Source: an uncultured Rhizobacter sp.
GTDB taxonomy: Bacteria; Pseudomonadota; Gammaproteobacteria; Burkholderiales; Burkholderiaceae_C
Assembly: GCA_964247075.1 (NCBI GenBank)
Contig: CAXTSS010000003.1
Location: 206,353-270,352, forward strand
Direction: 5' to 3'
DNA: 64,000 bases
The translations under genes were made by a program, and so were the position numbers. Below the pieces are notes generated by a model. That model was not told the origin of the DNA. It was given only the letters and a program-made list of their open reading frames with translations, and searched no databases. Shown piece after piece: positions 11,093 to 21,721 of this stretch; position 1 is the stretch's first letter; each line of letters begins with the position of its first letter.

Positions 11093-12202
11093 TCAGTGCA
11101 CGTCGATGGGGTAGGTGCCGAGCTGCTTGAAGAACGCGCACACGCCGCGCAACTCGGCCAGCGCCGCCGCCACATGGGGCTGGTCGGGGTGGCCTTGCAG
11201 GTCGATGTAGAAGTAGTACTCCCACTGGCCCGAGCGCGCCGGTCGCGACTCGAAGCGCGTCATGGAGACGCCGTGGTGCTTCAGCGGCACGAGCATGTCG
11301 TGCACCGCGCCGGGCCGGTTCGCGACCGAGACGACGAGGCTGGTGCAGTCGTGGCCCGACGCCTTCGGCTGCGGATGCTGGTGCGGGTGCGCGACGATCG
11401 CGAAGCGGGTGCGGTTGTGGGCATCGTCCTGGATCGCCGGCGCGACGACGTGCAGCCCGAATTCGGCCGCCGCCTGGGTGCTGGCGATGCCGGCGAGGCT
11501 GGCGTCAAGGCTCGCCAGGCGCGCCCCCTCGGCGTTGCTCGAGACCGGCCGGCGTTCGGCGTTGGGCAAGTGGTTGCTGAGCCAGCCGTGGCATTGCGCA
11601 AGCGCCTGCGGGTGCGCGCAGACGGCCTGCACATCGGCCAGCGAGTTCTCGCGCCGCAGCAGGTTGTGGCGCACGTACAGGCTGGTCTCGCCGATGATGA
11701 ACAGCGGCGTCGTCAGGAACAGGTCGAGCGAGCGCGTGACGACACCTTCGCTGGAGTTCTCCACGGGCACGACACCGAAGTCGGCGGCGCCGGCGCTGGT
11801 GACGTGAAACACCTCGTCGACGTTCGAGCACGGGATCTTGACGATCGTCGAACCGAAGAAGCCGATCGCGGCGAGTTCGCTGAAGGTGCCTGCCGGGCCG
11901 AGATAGGCGACGCGCGTGGGCGTTTCGAGCGCGCGGCAGGCCGACATGATCTCGCGCCAGATCGGGGCGACGCTGTCGGCCTTGAGCGGGCCGGGGTTGG
12001 TGGCCTTCAGACCGTCGATGACCTGGGCCTCACGCTCGGGCCGGAAGGCCACCGTGCCTTCGCGCTTCTTCAGCTCGCCGACCTGTTGCGCGAGCGTGGC
12101 GCGGCGGTTCAGCAGCGCAAGCAGTTCGCGATCCAGGTCGTCGATCTGCGTGCGGTACGCGATCAGTTCGGCTGCGGAGGATGTGGAGGCAGAGTCAGCC
12201 AT
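11093..12202 (-). CDS. pheA: Chorismate mutase / prephenate dehydratase
   Basis: CM domain (RTQIDDLD...FRPERE), YLGPAGTFS, HPQALAQC, NRTRF, ACT domain ESRP. Confidence 0.95.
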   Translation of the reverse strand: MADSASTSSAAELIAYRTQIDDLDRELLALLNRRATLAQQVGELKKREGTVAFRPEREAQVIDGLKATNPGPLKADSVAPIWREIMSACRALETPTRVAYLGPAGTFSELAAIGFFGSTIVKIPCSNVDEVFHVTSAGAADFGVVPVENSSEGVVTRSLDLFLTTPLFIIGETSLYVRHNLLRRENSLADVQAVCAHPQALAQCHGWLSNHLPNAERRPVSSNAEGARLASLDASLAGIASTQAAAEFGLHVVAPAIQDDAHNRTRFAIVAHPHQHPQPKASGHDCTSLVVSVANRPGAVHDMLVPLKHHGVSMTRFESRPARSGQWEYYFYIDLQGHPDQPHVAAALAELRGVCAFFKQLGTYPIDVH

Positions 12203-12252
12203 GGCGTGGCTCAAATTCTCGCACGCAGCAAGGCCTCGCCATCACCCGCGCA

Positions 12253-12882
12253 TCACTTGCTCGCGGCCTTTTTCGGGGCGGCCGCCTTCGCCGCGGGTGC
12301 ACTCGCGCCCGCGGTGCCGGGCGAAGGCAGGCCGAGGCTGGCGCGGACTTTGGCTTCGAGCGCCTGCACCTTCGGCGTCAGCAGCGGGCCGGCTTCGGCC
12401 ACCAGCTTCTGGCCCATCGCCTGCTGCAGGTCGCCACCGATCTGTTGGTACTTTTTCGCGGCCGACGAATCCAGCCAGGTGACCAGTTGCTTGAGTTCGT
12501 CTTCGCTCATTTTCTCTTCCATGATCGGCCCGACGGTCCCGGGTGCGAGCTTGATCGCGCGGTCACGCAGCAGCGCAAAGGATTCGTCGACGTACTTGCG
12601 GATGTCGACGTCGATGCTCTTGCTGAGCGCTTCGCGCTTTTCCGGCGCCACGTTCTGCATCGCGTTGCCCGCAGCCTGCCCGAGTTGCAGCGCCGGCCGC
12701 ATCACGACCTCGCGTGCCATGTTCTCGAAGATCGGCTGTTGCAGCGTCAGCGCCCTGGCGACCAGTTCCTTCTTGGCGGGTGACGAAGGGGCAGAGGCCG
12801 CAGCGGTCGGGGCCGAAGCCGCCGTCTGGGCGTGGGCGATCGCGGCGCTGGCGAGCAGCGCCGCGGCGATCAGGGTCTTCAT
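12253..12882 (-). CDS. DUF2059-like exported protein
   Basis: Signal peptide; helical 'EDELKQLVTWLDSSAAKKYQ' segment; 1-bp overlap with gyrA stop. Confidence 0.7.
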   Translation of the reverse strand: MKTLIAAALLASAAIAHAQTAASAPTAAASAPSSPAKKELVARALTLQQPIFENMAREVVMRPALQLGQAAGNAMQNVAPEKREALSKSIDVDIRKYVDESFALLRDRAIKLAPGTVGPIMEEKMSEDELKQLVTWLDSSAAKKYQQIGGDLQQAMGQKLVAEAGPLLTPKVQALEAKVRASLGLPSPGTAGASAPAAKAAAPKKAASK

Positions 12883-15533
12883 CAGGGGTTCTCCTCGGCG
12901 GGCTGGTCATCGCCGCCGGTCGTGTCAAGGGGTTCGCCGCCGGCATCGGCGTTCGCATCATTTTCGACGATGCGCTGCAGGCCGCTGAGCTGGGTGCCTT
13001 CGTCGAGCGCGATCAAGGTCACGCCCTGGGTGGCGCGGCCCATCTCGCGAATTTCGGAAACCCGTGTGCGCACCAGCACGCCCTTGTCGGTGATCAGCAT
13101 GATTTCATCGAAGGCGCGCACCAGCGTCGCGGCAACGACCTTGCCATTGCGTCCGCTCTGCTGGATCGCGATCATGCCCTTGGTGCCACGGCCGTGGCGG
13201 GTGTATTCGACGATCGAGGTGCGCTTGCCGTAGCCGTTTTCGGTGGCCGTCAGCACGCTCTGGGTTTCGTCTTCGGCCACCAGCATCGCGATCACGCTGA
13301 CGCCGTCGTCGAGCGCCATACCGCGCACGCCGCGGGCGCCGCGGCCCATCGGCCGCACGTCTTCCTCGTCGAAGCGCACGGCCTTGCCACCATCGCTGAA
13401 CAGCATCACGTCGTGCTTGCCGTCGGTGAGTGCGGCGCCGATCAGGAAGTCGCCCTCGTCGAGATCGACGGCGATGATGCCGGCCCTGCGCGGGTTGCTG
13501 AACTCATCCAGCGAGGTCTTCTTGACCACGCCTTGCGCCGTCGCCATGAACACGTAGTGATCGGCCGGAAAGCTGCGGAAGCTGTTCGTCAGCGGCAGCA
13601 CCACGTTGACCTTCTCGCCGGGCTGCAGCGGGAACATGTTGACGATCGGGCGGCCGCGCGAATTGCGCGTGCCTTGCGGTACTTCCCAGACCTTGAGCCA
13701 GTAGACCCGGCCCTTGTTCGTGAAGCACAGGATGTAGTCGTGCGTGTTCGCGATGAAGAGCTGCTCGACCCAGTCGTCTTCCTTGGTCTGCGTCGCCTGC
13801 TTGCCACGACCGCCGCGCTTTTGCGCGCGGTACTCGCTGAGTGCCTGGCTCTTGATGTAGCCAGTGTGCGAGAGCGTCACGACCATGTCGGTCGGCGTGA
13901 TCAGATCCTCGGTGCCGAGATCCATCGCGTTGTGTTCGATGGTGCTGCGGCGCGCGCCGAGCTTGGTCTGGCCGAACTCGGCCTTGATCGCGGCGAGTTC
14001 GTCCGAGATGATGGTCGTCACGCGCGAGGGCGTGGCGAGGATGTCGAGCAGATCGGTGATCTGCACCATCACATCCTTGTACTCGCCGATGATCTTGTCC
14101 TGCTCCAGCCCGGTCAGGCGCTGCAGGCGCATCTGCAGGATTTCGCTGGCCTGGTCGTCGGAGAGGCGGTAGAGGCCATCGGCCTGGATGCCGAATTCCT
14201 TCGGCAGACCTTCCGGGCGATAAGCTTGGAGTCCGCCCGGGTTGTCGCCGCCGACGCGCGCGAGCATCTCGCGCACCATCGACGAATCCCAGCTCTTGCT
14301 CATCAGCGCGGCCTTCGCCACCGGCGGCGTCGGCGAGGCCTTGATGGTCGCGATGAACTCGTCGATGTTGGCCAGCGCCACCGCCAGGCCTTCGAGCACG
14401 TGGCCGCGTTCGCGCGCCTTGCGCAGCTCGAACACGGTGCGGCGGGTCACGACCTCGCGGCGGTGTTCGAGGAAGACCTCGATCAGGTCCTTCAGGTTGC
14501 AGAGCTTGGGCTGACCGTCGATCAGCGCCACCATGTTCATGCCGAACGTGTCCTGCAACTGCGTCTGCTTGTACAGGTTGTTCAGCACGACCTCGGGCAC
14601 TTCGCCGCGCTTGAGCTCGATCACCAGGCGCATGCCCGATTTGTCGGACTCGTCCTGAATGTGGCTGATGCCTTCGAGCTTCTTTTCGTGCACCAACTCG
14701 GCCATGCGCTCCTGCAGCGTCTTCTTGTTGACCTGGTACGGGAGCTCGTCGACGATGATGGATTGGCGCTGGCCCTTGTCGATGTCCTCGAAGTGGCACT
14801 TGGCGCGCATGATCACCTTGCCGCGGCCGGTGCGATAGCCATCGCGCACCCCTGTTAGACCGTAGATGATGCCGGCGGTCGGGAAGTCCGGCGCGGGGAT
14901 GATCTCCATCAGCTCATCGACCGTTGCGCCCGGGTTGCGCAGCAGGTGATGGCAGGCATCGACGACTTCATTCAGGTTGTGCGGCGGAATGTTCGTCGCC
15001 ATCCCGACCGCGATGCCGCCAGAGCCGTTGACGAGCAGGTTCGGCAGCCGCGACGGCATGACCAGCGGCTCCTTCTCGCTGCCGTCGTAGTTGGGCCCGA
15101 AATCCACTGTCTCCTTGTCGAGATCGGCGAGCATTTCGTGCGCGATCTTCGCGAGGCGGATCTCGGTGTAGCGCATCGCCGCGGCGTTGTCGCCGTCGAC
15201 CGAGCCGAAGTTTCCCTGGCCGTCGACGAGCATGTGGCGCATCGAGAAATCCTGCGCCATGCGCACGATCGTGTCGTAGACCGACTGGTCGCCATGCGGG
15301 TGGTATTTGCCGATCACGTCGCCGACGATGCGCGCCGATTTCTTGTACGGCCGGTTCCAGTCGTTGTTCAGCTCGTGCATCGCAAACAGCGCGCGGCGAT
15401 GCACCGGTTTGAGGCCGTCGCGCGCATCGGGCAGCGCGCGCCCGACGATCACGCTCATTGCGTAATCGAGATACGAGCGGCGCATCTCCTCTTCCAGACT
15501 GATGGGCAGCGTCTCTTTGGCGAACTGGGTCAT
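12882..15533 (-). CDS. gyrA: DNA gyrase subunit A
   Basis: [31 protein letters not shown], GyrA-box QKRGGRG, C-terminal pinwheel repeats. Confidence 0.98.
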   Translation of the reverse strand: MTQFAKETLPISLEEEMRRSYLDYAMSVIVGRALPDARDGLKPVHRRALFAMHELNNDWNRPYKKSARIVGDVIGKYHPHGDQSVYDTIVRMAQDFSMRHMLVDGQGNFGSVDGDNAAAMRYTEIRLAKIAHEMLADLDKETVDFGPNYDGSEKEPLVMPSRLPNLLVNGSGGIAVGMATNIPPHNLNEVVDACHHLLRNPGATVDELMEIIPAPDFPTAGIIYGLTGVRDGYRTGRGKVIMRAKCHFEDIDKGQRQSIIVDELPYQVNKKTLQERMAELVHEKKLEGISHIQDESDKSGMRLVIELKRGEVPEVVLNNLYKQTQLQDTFGMNMVALIDGQPKLCNLKDLIEVFLEHRREVVTRRTVFELRKARERGHVLEGLAVALANIDEFIATIKASPTPPVAKAALMSKSWDSSMVREMLARVGGDNPGGLQAYRPEGLPKEFGIQADGLYRLSDDQASEILQMRLQRLTGLEQDKIIGEYKDVMVQITDLLDILATPSRVTTIISDELAAIKAEFGQTKLGARRSTIEHNAMDLGTEDLITPTDMVVTLSHTGYIKSQALSEYRAQKRGGRGKQATQTKEDDWVEQLFIANTHDYILCFTNKGRVYWLKVWEVPQGTRNSRGRPIVNMFPLQPGEKVNVVLPLTNSFRSFPADHYVFMATAQGVVKKTSLDEFSNPRRAGIIAVDLDEGDFLIGAALTDGKHDVMLFSDGGKAVRFDEEDVRPMGRGARGVRGMALDDGVSVIAMLVAEDETQSVLTATENGYGKRTSIVEYTRHGRGTKGMIAIQQSGRNGKVVAATLVRAFDEIMLITDKGVLVRTRVSEIREMGRATQGVTLIALDEGTQLSGLQRIVENDANADAGGEPLDTTGGDDQPAEENP

Positions 15534-15806
15534 GCGGTGGGGTTTCGTGAGGGCCGGCGAGGGGGTGCGCGCGGGGCGCAACCGATCATTCTAAGTGTGG
15601 CGCGCTGTAGCGCTGATGCAACATGAAGCGCCATGAGCGTGCGCCACGGGGCCAAAAACAGGTTGCGAGAAAGTCCTATGGCAGAATAACTCGGTCGGTG
15701 GTCAGCGCCCGGGCACGTCGTTAACGCCCGGGGTTTACCAGTACTTTCCGATTCCGGTTCGGACGTTTTGCAGAACACTACTGCGCCTTCCCTCGAGAGG
15801 AGAATC

Positions 15807-16487
15807 ATGAAGAAACTGAACAAGGTGGCGTCGCTCTTTGCAACCGCTGCGCTCGCAACTTCGATGGCCGGCGCATTCGCGCAGTCCTCGAACCAAGACA
15901 ACTGGGTCAACGGCGTCGGCGGCCTGCCCTGGAAGAACGGCACCAACGAGCTTTGCTGGCGCAACGGCTTTTGGACCCCCGCCACTGCGAACCCTGATTG
16001 CGATGGCGCGCTGAAGCCGCCGCCGCCGCCGCCGCCCGCGCCTGTGGCCGCTCCGGCGCCGCCGCCGGCACCGGCCGCCGCTCCGGCGCCGCCGCCGCCG
16101 CCGCCGGCACCGCCGGTGCCGACGACCGAAAAGGTCACCTTCGCCGCTGATGCATTCTTCGACACCGCCAAGTCCACGCTGAAGCCCGAAGGCAAGGCCA
16201 AGCTCGACGACCTCGTCTCGAAGATGGGCGGCATGGCACTGGAAGTGATCATCGCCGTCGGCCACACCGACTCGGTCGGTGGCGACGCGTACAACCAGAA
16301 GCTGTCGGTGCGTCGCGCCGAATCCGTCAAGGCTTATCTGGTCGGCAAGGGCGTTGAGAAGAACCGCGTCTACACCGAAGGCAAGGGCGAGAAGCAGCCG
16401 GTCGCTGACAACAAGACCGCTGAAGGCCGCAAGAAGAATCGCCGCGTGGAAATCGAAGTCGTCGGTACCCGCAGCATCAAGAAGTAA
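15807..16487 (+). CDS. ompA: OmpA-family outer-membrane/peptidoglycan-binding protein with Pro-rich linker
   Basis: RBS GGAG, signal peptide, WKNGTNELCWR, GHTDSVG..YNQKLSVRRA, NRRVEIE. Confidence 0.93.
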   Translation: MKKLNKVASLFATAALATSMAGAFAQSSNQDNWVNGVGGLPWKNGTNELCWRNGFWTPATANPDCDGALKPPPPPPPAPVAAPAPPPAPAAAPAPPPPPPAPPVPTTEKVTFAADAFFDTAKSTLKPEGKAKLDDLVSKMGGMALEVIIAVGHTDSVGGDAYNQKLSVRRAESVKAYLVGKGVEKNRVYTEGKGEKQPVADNKTAEGRKKNRRVEIEVVGTRSIKK

Positions 16488-16506
16488 TCAGCGTTTGCTG
16501 ACCTTG

Positions 16507-16530
16507 AAAACCCCGCCCTGGCGGGGTTTT
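16507..16530 (+). terminator. Rho-independent terminator after ompA
   Basis: aaaaccccgcc-ct-ggcggggtttt. Confidence 0.9.
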
Positions 16531-16556
16531 CTGCTTTGAGGCCTTACCATTTGCCG

Positions 16557-17261
16557 ATGACGATCAACGCCGACCCGCAAGAGCTCGCCAAGTTCAGCGA
16601 ACTGGCTCACCGCTGGTGGGACACCGAAAGCGAATTCCGTCCGCTGCACCAGATCAATCCGTTGCGTCTGGCCTGGATCGACACGCATGCAGGCATCTCC
16701 GGCACCCGCGTGCTCGACATCGGATGCGGAGGCGGCATCCTGTCGGACTCGATGGCTCGACGCGGTGCGCATGTGCTGGGCATCGACCTCGCCTCCAAAC
16801 CGCTGAAGGTTGCGCAGTTGCACGCGCTCGAAGCCGGCACGCCGAACATCGACTACCGCGAGATCGCGGCTGAAGCGCTGGCCGTCGAGGCGCCGGGTGC
16901 GTTCGACTCCGTGACCTGCATGGAGATGCTCGAGCATGTGCCCGATCCATCGTCCATCGTCACCGCGTGCGCAGCGTTGACCAAGCCCGGTGGCTGGGTC
17001 TTTTTCTCGACCATCAACCGCAATCCCAAGGCCTTCCTGTTCGCCATCGTGGGCGCAGAGCATGTGCTGCAGCTGCTGCCCAAGGGCACGCACGAATACG
17101 CGCGCTTCATCCGGCCCAGCGAGCTTGCGCAGTGGTGTCGCAACGCCGGGCTGGAACTCGCCGACACACGCGGCATGGAATACAACCCGCTCACGCAACG
17201 CTACTGGCTCTCGGGCGACACCAGCGTCAACTACCTGATCGCATGCCGCAAGCCGGGGTGA
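16557..17261 (+). CDS. ubiG: Ubiquinone biosynthesis O-methyltransferase
   Basis: [10 protein letters not shown]...[29 protein letters not shown]. Confidence 0.95.
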   Translation: MTINADPQELAKFSELAHRWWDTESEFRPLHQINPLRLAWIDTHAGISGTRVLDIGCGGGILSDSMARRGAHVLGIDLASKPLKVAQLHALEAGTPNIDYREIAAEALAVEAPGAFDSVTCMEMLEHVPDPSSIVTACAALTKPGGWVFFSTINRNPKAFLFAIVGAEHVLQLLPKGTHEYARFIRPSELAQWCRNAGLELADTRGMEYNPLTQRYWLSGDTSVNYLIACRKPG

Positions 17262-17917
17262 GCGCGCGCGCCGTTCTGTTCGATCTGGATGGCACGCTGA
17301 TCGACAGCGCACCCGACCTCGCCGGTGTGGGCAACGACATGCGCATCGCGCGTGGCCTCGCGCCGTACCCACTGGCGCACTTCCGCGCGATGGTCGGCTC
17401 CGGCGCACGCGGCATGGTCGGGCGTGCGTTCGGCGTTGGGCCGCAGGAGGAGGCGTTCGCAGGGCTGCGCGACGAGTTCCTGCAGCGCTACGAGGCGCGC
17501 ATGACGCAGGCCACGCGTGTGTTCGACGGTATCGCTGCGGTGCTCGATGCCTTCGACGCGCGCTCGTTGCCTTGGGGCATCGTCACGAACAAGGCCACGC
17601 GCTTCGCCGATCCGTTGGTGCGTGCGCTCGGCCTACTGCCGCGCGCCGCCGCGCTGGTCTGCGGCGACACCACGCCGCACGCCAAGCCGCATCCCGAGCC
17701 GCTACTCGAAGCCGCCCGCCGCGTCGGCGTCGACGCCGGCGATTGCATTTATGTCGGCGACGATCTGCGCGATGTTCAGGCGGGTCGCGCCGCCGGCATG
17801 GCGACGGTGGCGGTGCACTGGGGCTACCTCGGCGAAGGCGACGCGATCGAGACCTGGGGTGCCGATCATCTGGCCCACACGCCGGCCGACCTCTTGAAGT
17901 TGCTGCGTATCGCCTAA
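17258..17917 (+). CDS. gph: Phosphoglycolate phosphatase (HAD family)
   Basis: [28 protein letters not shown]; GTG start overlapping the ubiG stop. Confidence 0.88.
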   Translation: MSARAVLFDLDGTLIDSAPDLAGVGNDMRIARGLAPYPLAHFRAMVGSGARGMVGRAFGVGPQEEAFAGLRDEFLQRYEARMTQATRVFDGIAAVLDAFDARSLPWGIVTNKATRFADPLVRALGLLPRAAALVCGDTTPHAKPHPEPLLEAARRVGVDAGDCIYVGDDLRDVQAGRAAGMATVAVHWGYLGEGDAIETWGADHLAHTPADLLKLLRIA

Positions 17918-17929
17918 ACTACGGCTTCT

Positions 17930-18301
17930 GGGGCTGACCTGGCTTCGACGAAGGTGCGGAGTTGGAACAGTGCACGCCGAGCACCAGTTCGCTCGTAAAT
18001 CCACTGGAAACAAAGTAACTGCGAACGATCAAACGTACGCCCTCGCCGCTTAAAACCGGTGAGCTTCGCAACAGTTGGCCAATGGGCTGGGTCTGAGGGG
18101 TAACCTGAAAGGCTGCGAAGTCATACACATTGGCTCGTCCTGAGTTGGGTCACTCTTCACAGGACTAAATCTAGTGAATCGAGAAGTGGGTAGCGTGCTG
18201 CTGCGCGACCCGCGGATCTAAAACCAAATCAGTCAGCTAAGCGTGTAGATCTGCCCGGCAATGGCTTTCGGACGGGGGTTCGATTCCCCCCAGCTCCACC
18301 A
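17930..18301 (+). ncRNA. ssrA: Transfer-messenger RNA
   Basis: 5' GGGGCTGACCTGGCTTCGAC, 3' GGGGGTTCGATTCCCCCCAGCTCCACCA; internal tag reading frame. Confidence 0.97.
18021..18053 (+). other. tmRNA tag reading frame ANDQTYALAA*
   Basis: gcg aac gat caa acg tac gcc ctc gcc gct taa. Confidence 0.93.
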
Positions 18302-18450
18302 GATGATGATTCAACGACGTCCCAGAACGTCCCGTAAAGTCTCAGAACCCCCAAGTAAATCAACGACTTGGGGGTTTTTCTTTGCCCATGACGTCTCGGC
18401 ACGTCTACTTGAATCTTCGAGCACCTACGCTCACGGCACGCAGATTTGAA
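18302..18450. mobile_element. att-like remnant downstream of ssrA (no integrase seen)
   Basis: Lower-GC tract with four ACGTC repeats flanking a hairpin, resembling integrase-island junctions; no integrase ORF follows. Confidence 0.35.
18346..18383 (+). terminator. Hairpin terminator after ssrA
   Basis: aacccccaagt-aaatcaacg-acttgggggtt followed by a T-run. Confidence 0.75.
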
Positions 18451-18615
18451 GCGCGAAGCCCGCCGCGGCCGGTTCGCTTTTGCGACGCCCTGAGGCAAGT
18501 CGACGGAGCCGCCCCTGGCAGGGACGGCCCGGCTGACCCCAGCGCGCCCACCTCCAACACGCGCTGTCGTGCCCGCCCCGGAGTGACACCTGTGCGCAAC
18601 ACCGGCGACGACTCC

Positions 18616-18629
18616 TTGATGCGACGCAA
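18616..18629. promoter_or_regulatory. FNR-type box upstream of the ompW remnant
   Basis: TTGAT-GCGA-CGCAA; -10-like TGAAAT at 18652-18657 fits class II spacing. Confidence 0.6.
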
Positions 18630-18650
18630 CATGGCTGCCGCGGGTCCGGA

Positions 18651-18995
18651 ATGAAATCCGTGTCGCGAACCCCGCTCGTCAATAGCAGGAACCGGATCAA
18701 GAGAACCCACACCCTCCAACGCGCCGCGATGAGCTTCGTGCTGGCCGGCGGCGCCGTGCTGCCTTTCGCATCCTCGGCCGAAGACGCACCTTGGCTGGTG
18801 CGCATGCGCGCCGTCGATCTCGAAAGCGCCAGAAAGGACTCGACAGGCCTTGACCTGTCGATCAACAACGAGCTCATTCCCGAGATCGACTTCTCGCGTT
18901 TCTTCACGCCGGAGATCGCCGTCGAGTTGGTGCTGACCTGCCCGCAGAAGCAGACGATCCGCTCGGGCGGCGTTGGCATCGGCCGCCGCCTCTGA
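18651..18995 (+). pseudogene. ompW: Truncated OmpW-family outer-membrane protein
   Basis: WLVRMRAV...STGLDLSINNELIPEIDFSRFFTPEIAVELVLTCPQK matches the OmpW N-half; stops before the LPPTL motif; C-half absent in all frames. Confidence 0.75.
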
Positions 18996-19025
18996 GCCGC
19001 ACTCGTCGAACAGGAGCGCGCCGAC

Positions 19026-20120
19026 ATGACATCGATCACCATCCCCCTCGTCACCGGCCCGACGTCGCCGGCCATTCCGCACCGCAAGGTGATTCGTTCG
19101 TGGCTCGCGCCCATTTCGACGCGCAGCACGGTCCGCGCGTTCGCGCTGGGGCTGCTCGACGTGGCTCTCTTCGTCGCCAGCCTCGCGAGCGCGCTGCTGG
19201 CGCGCAACCCGCTCGTTCAACTGCTGGCGGGGGCCGCGACCGGCCTCGTGATCAGCCGCCTCTTCATCCTCGGTCACGACGCCTGCCATCAGAGCCTGAC
19301 CCCGCACCGGGGCCTGAATCGCTGGTTCGGTCGCATCGTCTTTCTGCCTTCGCTCACGCCGTACAGCCTGTGGGAAGTCGGGCACAACGTCGTCCACCAC
19401 GGCTACACGAACCTGAAGGACTTCGACTTCGTCTGGCAGCCGAGGTCCCTCGAAGAGTTCGAAGCGCTGCCGAAGTGGAGGCGCGGCCTCGAGCGCGTCT
19501 ACCGCAGCGGCTGGGCGCCCTGGCTCTACTACCTGGTCGAGATCTGGTGGAAGCGCATGTTCTTCCCGAACCGCACGACGATGCCGACGCGGCGCGCCGT
19601 GTTCACCTGGGATGGCCTGCTCGTGTCGGCGTTCGCGGTCGCCTGGGTCGCCGGCCTTGCGGCGGTGGCATCCATGACGCGCCAGTCGACGGCCTGGGTG
19701 TTGACGGTCGGCTTTGTGCTGCCCTTCATCGTCTGGAACGGCATGATCGGCTTCGTCGTGTACGTGCACCACACGCACCTTGGCGTGGCGTGGTACGAGG
19801 ACAAGGCCAGTTGGTCGGCCTCGCAGCCTTTCGTCTCGACGACCGTGCACCTGACCTTTCGTTCGGCGATGGGCACCGTGTTGCACCACATCATGGAGCA
19901 CACCGCGCACCACGTGGACATGGGTGTGCCGCTGTACCGGCTCAAGCGGGCGCAGGCGCTGCTCGAAACCAGGCTGGCCGGCGCGATCGTCGTGCAGCGG
20001 TTCTCCTGGGGCTGGTATGCCGACACCGCACGCCGCTGCAAGCTCTACGATTTCAAGGCACGCTGCTGGACCGACTTCACCGGCCGTCCGAGCGCGCGCG
20101 CCGACTCCATCCCGGGGTGA
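19026..20120 (+). CDS. Membrane fatty acid desaturase
   Basis: His boxes HDACH, HNVVHH, HTAHH; several TM helices; RBS CAGGAG. Confidence 0.9.
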   Translation: MTSITIPLVTGPTSPAIPHRKVIRSWLAPISTRSTVRAFALGLLDVALFVASLASALLARNPLVQLLAGAATGLVISRLFILGHDACHQSLTPHRGLNRWFGRIVFLPSLTPYSLWEVGHNVVHHGYTNLKDFDFVWQPRSLEEFEALPKWRRGLERVYRSGWAPWLYYLVEIWWKRMFFPNRTTMPTRRAVFTWDGLLVSAFAVAWVAGLAAVASMTRQSTAWVLTVGFVLPFIVWNGMIGFVVYVHHTHLGVAWYEDKASWSASQPFVSTTVHLTFRSAMGTVLHHIMEHTAHHVDMGVPLYRLKRAQALLETRLAGAIVVQRFSWGWYADTARRCKLYDFKARCWTDFTGRPSARADSIPG

Positions 20121-20150
20121 AGGCGCGACGGCGTCGCGTTGCCGCGTGTC

Positions 20151-20164
20151 TTGCGCTGCGTCAA
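20151..20164. promoter_or_regulatory. FNR-type box upstream of hemN
   Basis: TTGCG-CTGC-GTCAA; -10-like CACGAT at 20187-20192; centre lies 41.5 bp upstream of the ATG at 20199. Confidence 0.65.
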
Positions 20165-20198
20165 AGAGCCGGCGAGGACTTGCCGGCACGATCTCGGC

Positions 20199-21644
20199 AT
20201 GAGCTTGTCGATCACCTCCGCATCCGAGCCCGCCACCGGGTACGCGAAGACATCCCTCGACGTCACGCTGCCCGCAGCCTTGCTGCAGCGCTTCGACAAG
20301 CCCGGGCCGCGCTACACCTCCTACCCAACGGCCGATCGCTTCGGCGAAGGCTTCGGCAGCGACGACGCGATCCGGGCGATGTCGAACCGCCCATGTGGCG
20401 TCGGTGGCAGCGAAGGCTTGCCGCTGTCGGTCTACGTGCACGTGCCGTTTTGCGAGTCGGTCTGCTACTACTGCGCGTGCAACAAGGTCATCACCAAACA
20501 CCACGAACGATCGGCGGAGTACCTGGATGCGCTCGACGACGAGATGGCGCTCGTCACCGGCCTGCTCGGCACCCGGCAGCCGATGTCGCAGCTGCATTTC
20601 GGTGGTGGCTCGCCGACCTTCCTCACTGACGCCGAACTCAAGCATGTCTTCGGTACGCTGCGTCGCTCGTTCCGGCTCACGGTGGATGCCGAGGTCTCGA
20701 TCGAGGTCGATCCGCGCACCGTCACGCCCGCGCGCCTCGGGTACCTGCGCGAACTCGGCTTCAACCGCATCAGCTTCGGGGTTCAGGATTTCGATCCGCG
20801 GGTCCAGCAAGCCGTGCACCGCGTGCAGGCGTTCGAGAGCGTCAAGGCGCTGATGACCAGCGCACGTGCGTGCGGCTTCGACTCCATCAACGCCGACCTG
20901 ATCTATGGCCTGCCGTGCCAGACGCCGCAGAGCTTCGCGCGCACCGTGCAGCAGATCGGCGAACTGCGCCCCGATCGCATCGCGCTCTACGCCTATGCGC
21001 ACCTGCCGCAGCGCTTCAAGCCGCAGCGCCGCATTCAGACGCACGAGCTCCCGTCGGCCGCGCAGCGGGTCGAGATGCTCGCCGGCGCAATCACAGTGTT
21101 CGGCCAGCGCGGCTACGCCTACGTCGGTATGGATCACTTTGCGCTGCAGGGCGACGCGCTCGCGGTCGCGAAACGCAGTGGTCGCTTGCACCGCAACTTC
21201 CAGGGCTACAGCACCCAACCCGATTGCGACTTGATCGGACTCGGCGTCTCGGCCATCAGCCGGATCGGCGAAAGCTACTACCAGAACGCGAAGTCGCTGC
21301 CCGAGTATTACCAGATGCTCAGGCAGCGGCTGTTGCCGGTGGTGCGCGGCATCGTGTCGAGTGACGACGACGCGCTGAGGCACGACGTCATCATGGCGCT
21401 GATGTGCCAGGGCCGCGTCGACTTCGCCGCCATCGAAAGCGTGCACCGCGTGGTGATGCGCAGCTACTTTGCCGATGAACTCGAGCGCCTGCAAGCGCTC
21501 GCGCAAGCCGGGCTCGTCGAGCTGGAGCCCGCGGCGATCCGGGTCACCGATGCCGGTTGGTACCTCGTGCGCGCGGTCGCGATGATTTTCGATCGCTACC
21601 TGAAGCCCGACCCAATTCTCGAGCGCTTCTCGCGAATCGTTTGA
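20199..21644 (+). CDS. hemN: Oxygen-independent coproporphyrinogen III oxidase (radical SAM)
   Basis: GPRYTSYPT, YVHVPFCESVCYYCACN, GGGSPT, RNFQGY. Confidence 0.95.
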   Translation: MSLSITSASEPATGYAKTSLDVTLPAALLQRFDKPGPRYTSYPTADRFGEGFGSDDAIRAMSNRPCGVGGSEGLPLSVYVHVPFCESVCYYCACNKVITKHHERSAEYLDALDDEMALVTGLLGTRQPMSQLHFGGGSPTFLTDAELKHVFGTLRRSFRLTVDAEVSIEVDPRTVTPARLGYLRELGFNRISFGVQDFDPRVQQAVHRVQAFESVKALMTSARACGFDSINADLIYGLPCQTPQSFARTVQQIGELRPDRIALYAYAHLPQRFKPQRRIQTHELPSAAQRVEMLAGAITVFGQRGYAYVGMDHFALQGDALAVAKRSGRLHRNFQGYSTQPDCDLIGLGVSAISRIGESYYQNAKSLPEYYQMLRQRLLPVVRGIVSSDDDALRHDVIMALMCQGRVDFAAIESVHRVVMRSYFADELERLQALAQAGLVELEPAAIRVTDAGWYLVRAVAMIFDRYLKPDPILERFSRIV

Positions 21645-21721
21645 CTGACACTGGAGCGCTTCGATGACTCACCGGGCGCGCCAAGGCACGACACGCGCGC
21701 CGCGCTCGGGCCAAGAACGCG

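Noticed and set aside
16010-16120. CCG-rich repeats in ompA, and similar Ala/Pro repeats in comEA, emrA and the SH3 gene
   Set aside because: Low-complexity protein linkers, not mobile or regulatory repeats
18405-21506. 1033-aa minus-strand ORF, and similar long ORFs (6114-8072, 10319-12988, 29902-33153, 39639-42800, 48161-50443)
   Set aside because: Antisense shadows of well-supported genes in high-GC DNA; no recognisable motifs
21645-21721. GGAG plus ATG after hemN suggesting another gene
   Set aside because: The frame is short, runs antisense into fnr and has no recognisable similarity
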